Of a DNA stretch of 64,000 nucleotides, positions 28,640-39,968 are shown in pieces (position 1 is the stretch's first letter; each line of letters starts with the position of its first letter). The stretch covers positions 303,056,001-303,120,000 of the forward strand of contig OZ024743.1 in NCBI GenBank assembly GCA_964016885.1. The letters run 5' to 3'. The translations under genes and the position numbers were made by a program. The notes under the pieces were generated by a model that was not told the origin of the DNA, made no database searches, and worked only from the letters and a program-made list of their open reading frames with translations. Source of the stretch: Eledone cirrhosa (taxonomy: Eukaryota).

Positions 28640-28644
<5 letters not shown>
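28221..28644. repeat. 424-bp spacerless inverted repeat (212-bp arms), each arm carrying a hammerhead-like motif
   Basis: Centre at 28432/28433; no indels; about 15 mismatches counted by eye. Confidence 0.95.
28534..28629 (+). ncRNA. Hammerhead-like motif with variant core CUGAGAA (mirror copy at 28236-28331, minus strand)
   Basis: acccc-CUGAGAA-..cgguua...uagccg..-GAAA-..ugagcuca..-GUC-ggggu; the mirror copy has a clean GAAACGG...CCGUC stem III. Confidence 0.6.
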
Positions 28645-28699
<55 letters not shown>

Positions 28700-28701
28700 T
28701 A

Positions 28702-28782
<81 letters not shown>
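28642..28782. repeat. (TA)n/(CA)n microsatellite
   Basis: Directly visible. Confidence 0.97.
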
Positions 28783-28786
<4 letters not shown>

Positions 28787-30019
28787 ATACATATGTAGAT
28801 ATATTGAAGTAAAAGTGAAGGATGGTATACAAATCGAAGAATACAATTCTAATGTTATTGTCTCAGTGAATTTTAATAAGTATACGTCGTAGGTAGAATT
28901 TTCTGTAATGCTTCTTCTTTCAAAATTATTGGCTCTGAGTTCCGCTTGAAAAATCTTAAATGACGTTTATAGTTGATAACGTTTTCCGTGAAAAAATTTA
29001 AGATGATTTGTAATAAATGACTTTCGGTTTGTTTGAAACGAAAGAATAAAAGAATTTCCACCATTAATCTAATGATATTAATGGAATTTAATTTTGGTTT
29101 TCTTTTTTACCAAAAGCTAAAATTTTGTTTACAATTAAATAACTGAATTCTTGACTGGATTTAGAATGTATAGCAAGCCAGTAAATGATGTATTATGTGT
29201 TTTCTGCTACCTGACAGCTATTACGGATCGTCTACTTACACTGTCAATAATGGTAGCTCTTTCAATTTGATTATCTAGATAAACTTTCCTTGAAGTAATC
29301 AATTCTGGATTTCTCGTTATTTACATCTATGTGAGTTTGAGTACTGTTAATTTTAAGCTTCATATAAACTATTTTGTGGGTGGCATTCTTGAAATAATGA
29401 AGAACTGCTCAACCATAGTAACGTTAAAAACAAAACAATTATATACTAATTCGTATTTAATGTTTAGATGTATTTTAAAATAATTAGATTATTCGAATGT
29501 ATTGATGATATTATTAACTCACTCAAGTTCTCTCTTGGGACGGGAAGTCAGATCGCAAACTGTAGTTTGAATTTATAAAGATGTACTGATATAAATGATA
29601 TCACTAAAGCCACGTTTTTTAAACTAAAATCTCAAGAGATTTATAAATACATGCAGCTAGTATTTTCTATTTTCCTGACACAAAACATATTGAAAAAAAA
29701 GTTTAAGTATATCAGTTGTCACGCTAGTATGAGTAGCCAGTATCTCTGTTAATCAAATCAAACTCTTGCGCCTAAATACAATGAGTGATATTTTAGATAA
29801 CTTAGTCTATATAGAGGATGTAGGTTTACCAAAAGCCAGATTTGCCATGACTTGAAACCATTGTTAGTGTAGTTATAATTAAATTCACATCGTATATACA
29901 TTAACAAAGTATAATTCACGATATACGGTATTTGTAATTATAAAAATAGCAGATATCACCGAATATAGGTATAATAGGAAAATATGATATCCTATTACAC
30001 CTATATTTCGTGATATATT

Positions 30020-30101
30020 TGCCATATTATGCTGTATATGCTTAATACCTCTGCATTCTTTGTCATATTATTCTGTATATGCTTAATACCCCTGCATTCT
30101 T
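30020..30101. repeat. Tandem duplication of a 41-bp unit
   Basis: tgccatattatgctgtatatgcttaatacctctgcattctt x2 with 3 substitutions. Confidence 0.9.
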
Positions 30102-30301
30102 AATGCCAATGTGCTTATGTACCACTAATGTCTTCATTTGCGACTAACTTTCTTTTATACTATTTATTATACCCTGTGTTGCAGACCACACTTTCTCCAT
30201 TCACTTTGAATATGATACTATTGATAGCGGCAATACTTTCAACGTATCTTTATGAATGTTCTGTATAATAGGAATTTATTTATATGATTAAACTTTGCCA
30301 A

Positions 30302-30348
30302 TGCTCCGATGAATCCAAACAGCTGTTGGGAAGAAACGATTGTCAGCA
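30302..30348 (+). ncRNA. Minimal type I hammerhead motif with a core substitution (CCGAUGA); probable solo PLE pseudo-LTR
   Basis: ugcu-CCGAUGA-auccaa..uugggaa-GAAAC-gauu-GUC-agca, followed by AATAAA and by (TA)n at about 30388. Confidence 0.6.
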
Positions 30349-32990
30349 ATAAAAGGTATTTAACATAGATTTCATTGTTCCGTACTTTATATATATATAT
30401 ATATATAACGTAAACAGAGATAAGAAAGTAAACGATACAGTACAATGAAGAAATATATTATTGTAACTCTTTATATAGTCGTAAGAGTATCTGAATCAAC
30501 GGATATAATGTGGAATAAAAAAAAAATGAAATAGAAAGATTGAGAGAGAGAAGGAACCGAAAACAATTATATGTATATCACAAAAAAATATATATATAAA
30601 ATAGGAGCACTCGTTAGAAAATAAAGTCATATATAATACTACTCCGAGTTCATACTAAAACATTTGCATTACGAAAAGTCTGTATCAATCACCCCTCGAC
30701 GCGGCCACTGTTTTATTTACTAAAATCTCGAGAGAATTATAAATGCTTACGGGTAGTATTTTCTTTTTACTTGACAAAAGTTATATCAATATCACAGTTT
30801 AAAATTATACGAGTTATACTAAATACTTTGATACACAGGAACTTATGTATACATATGTATACATATACCTAAATATTTATGATATGAAACAAATATGATA
30901 TAAACATCTAACCATGTCTTTCGTTGTATCGTTTCTTTTTTGAAACATTCCTTTTACAATATATTCTTTGTGTCCAGAATGTGAGTCAGCAATTATCTCC
31001 CACTTCACAGCGAATCTATGCATCAAATGAAATATCGTAATGTCTACATGCCGAATAAACTCCCATTTATGCCGTGAATCTTTGTTTAGACGTTCTGCAT
31101 ATTCCTTTATATGACTCCCTTGACACTCCTATATCATAACAGTAATCTGTTCTCCTTTTAATGTTTTCTATCATCTTAGGATTGTACTGTTATTGATGTG
31201 TCCGACATTCAAATTGCATTTCTACAAGTATTCTAGTCTTTGATAATATCGAAACATCATGTTAAATGGGTTAAATCGGATAGCTTCCTTGTTTGTGTCG
31301 CAATCATTCAATAAGATATTTAACTTTCCTTCTATTTATATTTCATGCATTGTTGTTTGTATGTCCTAGCATTGCTCTTTCTCTCTCTTCTCATGCTTCA
31401 TTTGGCAATTCAGACTGCAATTCAGACTGGAAAATTGAATTAAATCTTAACATAGCAAATATTTAATTTCTAATGAGGTGAATGCCATTTTTTCAAGATT
31501 TCCTTCATGATGTCCCCGTATATTTTTTTCCATATTTCGCACTCCACAGCTGATTGCCGATCTTCTGCCATTGGTCGATGGATGATTCCTTAATGATTCA
31601 GAAAGAATATTGGTCCATGACACAACTTGACATATCATGAAACATCGAGAAGCAGTTGTGGACATGTACATTATCAGAGTGGATATTCAGTGATTTAAAA
31701 CTTATCTGGATGAACATAGCATTACATATGTTTTAAATAGCTATAATCTATTTATTTTATATCATCCCGTGTTTCTAGCTTTTTTTAGTTGTATTATTGC
31801 CCGTTTTTCTTGCCAATCCTTTGAATTCTTGTTTGATAGAGTTGTATGATTTTTTTGTATAACTGAAGTAGATGATACTAGACTTGAGTGCATACGGTGA
31901 CTGATTATGGCACTCCAACTCCACAAAAATTAAACCTTTTCCATCAATCGAAATATATATTGTGGCGATGTTTGTATATCTATGTCCAAGTTATTTACTC
32001 GTTTGAATTTTAGCTTAGACGTTTTGTGATATCGTACTCAGAATTATAACATTAGATCTATTATTAAATCTGCCATCACGACGGTTATTCATGTATATCA
32101 AGGTGGTCAGTATATCATCTCCAATTATATTTTCATGTTTGTGATTCACATTTATATGGAATACTGTGTTCTTATATTTTATGATGCCTCAGTTCGTGTT
32201 ATTGTGTCATTGATCAAATACAAAATAAAGTTTCTAATACAGTCGGTCTTTTATATACTTTTACAGGTTTAACTGATTTATTGGTACCTAATATATTGCT
32301 GATGAATTTGGAATACACCACCTATACAAATTGTATTTATAGGTGTCAGTGCACATATAAAGATACACGCACTACGTATATATCCTCTCCACCAAAATAG
32401 TTATTTTGCGTACATATTACAACTAAATACTATTGGTAGGGTTCTGTGTTGTAAAAGTTAAATCTTAGAAAAAAACAGAAATATATAATTGTTTAAAACA
32501 TGTTGGTCTAAATACACTCAGGGCGAGATCGACCTTGTTTCCCACCCTGCTAAGGTTTAATAAAGACATTACTAATAAGCCATGGCTGATTCCTATTGGA
32601 TCAATCCTATTCTCAGACACCTTGTTATATATCTATATCTTTAGTAAAGCAAGGAGACCATCCTGTTCCTGTCGGTGAAACTGCGTAGAATCTTGATAGC
32701 TGGTTTCCACCTGGTTTACATTCCAATGTCCAATCTTGTCACATATTCATTGAATCTGTTTGAGAATTACGTAGGGTTTAGACATGTTACTTCGGAAATT
32801 GGATATTTCGATGATCGAACGAGTAAATGCTCATCAACGAAGCCGATAGAGGATTCATCATTGGCAACTTTCAGGGATTAATTCACCTGTTACCGAATCA
32901 GAACTTATTTGCCTCGTGTTAACAAATTGTTAAGCCATTGGATCGTATGATCTGTTATTAAGTGTGGACATCAACATGTATTGTATTATT

Positions 32991-33210
32991 TAAGTGGATT
33001 GGCAGTATCGGTAAATGGTCGGACGTTATGCTTTGCTGCATAGAGTTACGGCGCTTTATGATCTGAGTACAAATCCCGCCGAGATTAACTTTTCCTTTCA
33101 TCCTTAAGGGATCGATAAAATAAAGTACCAGTAATGCACTGAGGTCGGTTTAATCGACTGTCCCCACCCCCAAAATTGCTGACGTTAAGCCTATATACGA
33201 AAGCATTATT
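32991..33210 (+). mobile_element. SINE, older long variant with an extra segment of about 30 bp before the tail
   Basis: Same head and core as the other copies plus gtcggtttaatcgactgtccccacccccaa. Confidence 0.85.
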
Positions 33211-33657
33211 TAGGTGCGTTCCTTTACGGTCAGATCTTGGCGGCGTCAACTTTGCATTTCTTTATTCAGGGAAAAATCATAAAACATACCAAATATTGCT
33301 ACGGATATATTTTAGAGAAGAAGACACCTCACAAGTGATAGACATTACACCAACGTTTGAAAATGTTATTATTTGTAAAAATAATATGGGATGTATAGGT
33401 CTTATATAAACAGGTATTAAAATATTCATAAACATTTCATACAATATACAATTTTCAATTATTTTCCAGCCGACATATTCACATAGAATTGATATATGAC
33501 ATTATATGTTATAATTGCAAACAGTTCTTCAAAATGATATTTAATATATTACACAAGTATTTATTAATATCAATGAGAGTATAAAACTCAAATGAACTTG
33601 AGTGTCCATTCAACGTTTAATTCAAGCTTTCGTTCTCTCAAAATCTCCTACAAATAT

Positions 33658-33781
33658 GCACACACACACACACTCACGCACACACACACACACACATTTA
33701 CACACACACACACACACATACCCGTGCACACACATACACGCACACGCACCCACCACACACATGTATTTATATATGTACACA
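33658..33781. repeat. Imperfect (CA)n tract
   Basis: Directly visible. Confidence 0.95.
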
Positions 33782-33799
33782 ACCCTTCGCGAAGAAATG

Positions 33800-34772
33800 A
33801 TTATGGGTGGCGGAAGTAGATTCTCATCCCTGGCGCAAGCCCGGTCTTGTTTTTTAATTTCTGAATGAGTTTTCGTCCGTGGTTAAGAGGTTACCATAAC
33901 TGGGAGCGTCGTACCTGGAATGTCACCAGGCACTCACTTCCTTCCACCAGGAGGGCAACACGGTCAGTAGAAATTCCACTCTAATTTTCTATAGAGGGTA
34001 ACTACAGAATCACATTGACCAGTCTCTTCCGGAGCACTTTCGATTCGGGGACTATGTATGGCTTTTAGAAAACACGTGCTTTGCACTGTTGCCGTGGTGA
34101 GGGACACTGATGGCTGGGGATAAACTTTACAGTCATTGAACAGTGATCGGACGGAGTTACCCGAGATGAGTTCAAAATGACGAAAGCGTTCTGCCCGCAG
34201 AAGCCCAGTGTCTGTGCATTATTGAGATTTAGATTTGTTCCGAAAAGCTGTTGTCGCGTGTGGGAGGGATCAGGCTGGCGCCCGAATCCGTAATGAAGGT
34301 GGCTCCGTCGACTTCTTTTGGACGATATGGGCAGGCAGCTTTCCGATGTTTGGTGGCCGTAGCAAAAAAGGTTGTGTGGTGGACCAGGTTGAAATGAGAG
34401 AAGCTAGACAATCTTCTCTTCACGCAACCCAGCATGAATAGTTTAATGTTTTGCTAAAATGTAGGTAACTTTTGCGAGAATAGTCCGTGTGAATTGGGCC
34501 TACTCTGCGATTGTGCCTATCGGCCTGTGTATTTCGAGAGGAGAGTAGTAGTCTCCTTTCCGGCTGCTCACGGAGCGTCAGGAGTTTAGGATTGGTGGAG
34601 TTCCTGAGTCACCATTGGTTGGTTCTCCCCCTTATTATATTGTAATTTTATTGTTTATTCTATTGCTTTATATTCTTTAAATATATTTTGGTATAATACC
34701 TAGGGTCCCTGTATTTTGTATTGTGCACTATATGTCGGCGTTATGGCAAATAAAGGAAAGAGAAACTATTAT
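33800..34772 (+). mobile_element. Old Tx1 3' fragment (subfamily 1-like)
   Basis: Collinear with about 2950-3862 (cctggaatgtcaccaggcactcac, gtgaattgggcctactctg); ATT-rich tail. Confidence 0.8.
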
Positions 34773-34799
34773 AATTATTATTATTATCATTATTCTTAT

Positions 34800-34985
34800 G
34801 GCAGTGGATTGGCAGTATCGGTAGAGGTTCAGATGCCATGCTTTGACGCATAGAGTTACGGCCTTTCTGAGTTCAAAACCCGCAGAGGTTAACTTTGCCT
34901 TTCATCCTTACGGGGTCGATCAAATAAAGTATCAGTAATGCACTGGGTAATTGCTGGCCATGAGCCAAATATAGAAACAATTATT
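34800..34985 (+). mobile_element. Full-length SINE
   Basis: Head, core and agaaacaattatt tail; sits in the ATT tract between Tx1 and Dong-A. Confidence 0.9.
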
Positions 34986-35008
34986 GTCATTATTATTATT
35001 ATTATTGT

Positions 35009-38000
35009 TCGTTGAGTCTCAGTCATTGATGTTATTTAACTGGAAAATGTGTTGACATTAATATGAAGCCGCTACCTGCAGTCTCACACATTCATGTCGT
35101 TTCAGAGGGTTCATGCTGTTCCCAGCAAGCATGACTTTTGAAGTGTTCCAAAAATCTTCTTTTACCATACTTGGAAACTCTTTAAGATAGTACCTAGTGC
35201 GCCTATGACAATCGGGAAGAAATTGATTTCATGGCAGTTCCAAAATCCTTTTTAACTCGCACTTTAAATCCTGGTATCGGTTAATTTTCTTCCTCTCCTT
35301 TTCTTGCACTCTCGGGTCAAATTGGTAGGCTACATCTACAATGAGGCAATATCTTTTTTCATTGTCCAAAACCACGAGGTCAGGCCTATTGTGTTCTAAT
35401 TCCTCGTTCGTCTGTATCCTAAAATCCCATAACACCTTTTCCTGATTGTTTTCTATCACCGACTCTGTCTTATGTTCGTACCACTTCTCAGAATTTGGTA
35501 TATTGTTTACTTTGCATAGATGCCAGTGGATCACCCTGCCTATCACATCATGTCTCCAGCCTTTATAGTGAGTCTGGTCTAGGTGTTTATAGTCGGATAC
35601 AATGTGATCCACAGTCTCCTCTCTCTCTCCACAAATCTTACGCAGGGAGCTAGCATCGTCATTGTTAATATGGTGTTTCACCCACTTCGTTCTGAGAGCT
35701 TGCTCTTGCGCAGCCATTAGCATACCTTCTATAGCCTTTTTAAGGTCTCCTCTTTTTAACCAGCTCCATGTCTGTGGATCTCTACATTCCGTTTTTTAAG
35801 GAAGGTGCTATGCAGGGATTTTTCATGAAGTTTGCTCTCCCTCCTTGTTGTTATTTCCTCCTTGGACATCACCTGGTCTATTGTCTTCTCCTTCAGTACA
35901 ATTTAGAGCATTGGCTCCCTACTGTCAGTCACATATTTGAGCAGGTTGTTTTTCTCCATCTGAACACAGTCCTCTATGCTGATAAGACATCTCCCACCTT
36001 CAGATCTCTTTAAGTAGAATCTAACACATCACTCCTCTTGTGGAACATGTTGTAGGTAGTCATTAGCTTCCTAGTCTTCCTATCCATTCCTTTTTGTTCA
36101 GCAACATTCCATTTCAGAATTCCTGCACTGTACCTAATAATAGACACATCTCGGGAATTTACTGTAATTATGACATTCCTACTATTTAGATGTGATTTTA
36201 GTACGTTCCTTACTCTCCCAATGTATTCAGATCTTATCAATTCCTTCAATTTTTTGTTCTTGATGTCATCTGCCTCCAGAACACCTAAATATTTGTATTC
36301 TTCTTCAGTGTCAATTTCCTTTATCATCTCACCCGTCGGTACCTGGATTCCGTTACTTCAGCTCAATTTACCCCTCTTCATCACTAGGTCTCCACACTTA
36401 TTACCACCAAATTGCATACATATATCATTGCTGAAAATACGAACAGTGTCAACAAGTACATCAAACTCATTCTCACTCTTCCCAAAGAATTTAAGATCGT
36501 CCATGAAGAGGAGGTGATTGATGGTAAGCTCTCCTCTTCTCAACCTGTCTCCTTCTCTCACTTTTCGCCATATGACGGGCAGGGGTATCAGGTCAAGGAC
36601 ATTCTGCAGAGAGGACAAACTATCTCCCTGGAAGATACCTCCCTTGATCTTCACCCCTCTGTTTCCCAGGACTTCATATTTTTGCTTAATAGCTGTGTGA
36701 TGTTATCTGCCACCTTGAAAATCTATAGCCTTTTGTTTATCCAAGAATGAGGTACCATGTGGAATGCCTTTTTCTAATCTATCCATCCCATGGAAAGACC
36801 AGTGTGCCTCCGCTTGCAATTCCTCATTACCATATTATCAATAAGAAACTGGTATTTTGTACCATGGGACTTCTTTCGGCACCCTTTCTGTTCGTCCGGT
36901 AACAAGTTGTTTATGTGGAGCTGATAGCAGATTTCCCCAGACACAATGCTTGTTAACAGTTTCCCATTGCGGACAGGCATGTGATAGGCCTATAGTTGGT
37001 AACATCATTACCTTTGATTCGGTCTTTCATTACTAGAACTGTGGTACATTTTTCAACCAATCTGGTACTTCACCCGACATCAATAACTCATTGAACATGG
37101 TTGTGAGTTTTAAGTGGAGGGATGTTATATTTTTAATCCAATACACTGGCACACAATCTTGGCCTGGCGATTTCAGTTGGTTACTTTTTTGGCCAGCCCT
37201 TTAAGTGTTTCAACAGTGATACTCAAATCAGATTGTTGGTGTTCTTGCTCACTAATCTACTTTTGAACTGTCTTAATCCACACTGCCTAACTATTATGTT
37301 CAACATCCTGCTTCCACATTGCTCTCCAGAATGTCTTAGTCTGTTCTGCATCAAGGGTCACGTCGTTGACACTTTCTTTCAACTTCTAGCTGTACAAACA
37401 ACATCTTCTGGTTGTTGTCAAATATGCGGTTCTGTCTATACCGACTAACTCTGTTCTCATACCTTTTAATCTTTGCACTTTTTGCTACAATGCGTTGCTT
37501 CAGTTCCCCTATGATAACATTGATCTCTTTTCCCCTAGTTTTGTATTTTATTTTCAATCTATGTTTAGTGTCTATGTTTTGTAATGTCCCATTCAGTAAA
37601 GACTCAAGCGTTCCAATGTCTTTTCTCATTTCCTTGTTTTGACCATTCAGTCATTTCTTCCACCAAGGTTCTGATCTTGCTTGTTTGTTGTTTCCTCTCG
37701 GTTTTATACGAAGTAATTTCTTCACCACATTTGCGGTTGCTTTGAGGATATTATTGCATTGGGGAAGGTTCCTTGCCTCAATGTATGGGATGACCTTGTT
37801 TACCTTAGCTGTTGTTTCTTTTAACTTTTTCCTGTCTACAAACCTTAGGTCCATAGGTTATCCACTATCATTGTTCATTTCATCTACCACTAAATTCAGG
37901 ATATCAACCAAATCTTGCATTCATCAGCATTCATTTCCTCATTGGCCGTATCTTTGTTCCAGATTTTATTTTTTTCAGCCTTCAGATCATTGTCTGCTTC

Positions 38001-39736
38001 GGATGCCTCCTTATGTCTATCAATTTCTTCACCTTCATTTCCCACTGTCTCATTTGCCTGATATACTCCACTCTCCATGTCCAACTTAATTTCTCTGCTC
38101 AGTTCCTCCAGTTCCAACTCGCTTATCCATACATTAGTTCTTATTACCCCAGCCTTACCGGCCAATATTTGTTCACCTAATTTAAATAGATCAATCTCGT
38201 TCCAGGTGTTATGCATCCGTTTCCTGTACCCTTTTTCCATACTCTTCAGGTAACATTTACTGACGGTTCTATTCAATTATATCATCCAGTTGGTTCTTGT
38301 ACGATTCCTTATTCTTCCTCCAACACCAGCAGTATTTGGTTGACAGTCAGGTCCCTGGTGCGGGGCCAGGGATCACTTGCTTGGTGAGAGTCTTTCACAT
38401 GACGTTCCAGTCTCCTTTTCACCGTTATTAGAACTGTTTAGGTTCGACATTTAAACTCTTATATCGAGGATTAGTTCATGTATGGTTACATAAGCAGCGG
38501 TGTTTTTAGCCTGACACCATCATGTTATAGACGAAAATAAATAAATGAACAAAAACATAAAGAAAATAAAAACAAGTTTCATTGTAATGTTTGAATGTCT
38601 GACTTAGTTTTTTCCTTTTTTTGTTTTTCAAGGCCAGTAACATCGGTTACTAGTATTGTTGCTGCTGTTTTTGATTTTAGCTAAGCTAAGCTCATAGTCA
38701 TAGCAACGAGGGAGGTATGGGGTGTTGCATTCAAACCTTTACAAATTTGTTTTTCTTTTAATGTTGCGTTTGTTTTTGTCTGCGTTCTGTTCTGTAATGT
38801 TTCGACTTGTTACTTATCTTGCCTTTCATCCTTACGGGGTCGATAAAATAAAGTACCAGTAATGTACTGGGTAATTGCTGGCCTTGTGCCAAAAAGTAGA
38901 AACAATTATTATGTGAGTTCAAATCTCGTCGAGGTTAACTTTGCCTTTCATCCTTACGGGGTCGATAAACTATAGTACCGGTAACACACTGAGTAATTGC
39001 TGGCCTTGTGCCTAAAGTAGAAACAATTATGTAAGCGGTCGAAAATTAAAGTACCAGTAATGTACTGGGTGATTGCTGGCCTTGTGCTAAAAGTAGAAAC
39101 AATTATTATGCAAGTTGACATCGTTTAAACTAAACATTTTGAGAGAGCTTAGAGAAACAACGACAATAATTATTATTATTATGGTGTTGTTGTTGGCTAT
39201 ATTGTTGGCTATATTAGTGCGACTGTTGTCAATGTTGGGATGTTCAACATTTTCTTTTGACCAGGTTATTAAATCAGTCTATTTATATATGTTGGTAGCT
39301 TCCTCGTTTATAGTCTTGTGTACTACTAACTTCCCTCTCTTAACAGAAGGTAGTGAGGGAATAGCGGTGGTAGCAATGATGGAGTGGTGACGGTGGTGAT
39401 GGGGTAGTGGTATTGTAGTGATTGTTGGTTTGTCTCTAGCTAAAGTTTGTGGTAGTGGTGGTTGTGGTGGGGTGTTGGTGGTTAACGTATTTGGCTGTTG
39501 TTTTCTTCCATTTGTGACCAGTAGTAACCATTTTCCTTGTTTAATATAACATTTCTAATACAAAATTAAATATTTTAGCCTTATGTCACGGTGTAGGTTC
39601 TCACTTCCTGAGAGTAAAGACTGGTACCTTATGTCCTATTTGTAACAGAAATTACAATTGTTTTAAATATGTAAAAAATCAAAGACTCACCGGAGCGATT
39701 CCATAACACTCTATCCACCTGGTGCATAATCTTCCC
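35009..39736 (-). mobile_element. R4/Dong-like family A element, apparently full length but decayed; ORF about 35110-38450, leader about 38450-39736
   Basis: Ordered ORF fragments GYRKRMH..W, PDEQKGC, FQGDSLS, FMDD, RHD and HNRPDL; TTA tracts at both ends. Confidence 0.9.
38818..39108 (+). mobile_element. Three head-to-tail 5'-truncated SINE copies inside the Dong-A leader
   Basis: Three successive gctggccttgtgc..aaagtagaaacaattat tails ending at about 38910, 39030 and 39108. Confidence 0.88.
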
Positions 39737-39759
39737 TTATTATTAATATTATTAAAAAA

Positions 39760-39950
39760 GGGCGGTGGATTGGCAGTATCGGTAGAGGGCCGCACGTAAT
39801 GTTTTCCAGCATAGTTACGTCCCTTTACGATCTGAGTTCAAATCCCGCCGAGGTTGACTTTGCCTTTCATCCTTACGGGGTCGATAAAATAAAATACCAG
39901 TAATGAACTGGATAATTGCTGGCCTAGTGCTTAAAGTAGAAACAATTATT
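39760..39950 (+). mobile_element. Full-length SINE
   Basis: gggcggtggattggcagtatcgg head, B-box, core and tail; flanked by ttattattaatattatta-like duplicated target sequence. Confidence 0.92.
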
Positions 39951-39968
39951 AATATTATTATTATTATT

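Noticed and set aside
30950-31400. Possible decayed RT on the minus strand (KQG-like motif)
   Set aside because: Too degraded to support a call
38818-39108. CRISPR-like repeat/spacer array
   Set aside because: Units are truncated SINE tails of unequal length in eukaryotic DNA with no cas genes
39760-39850. tRNA gene
   Set aside because: A- and B-box-like motifs belong to the SINE head; no cloverleaf
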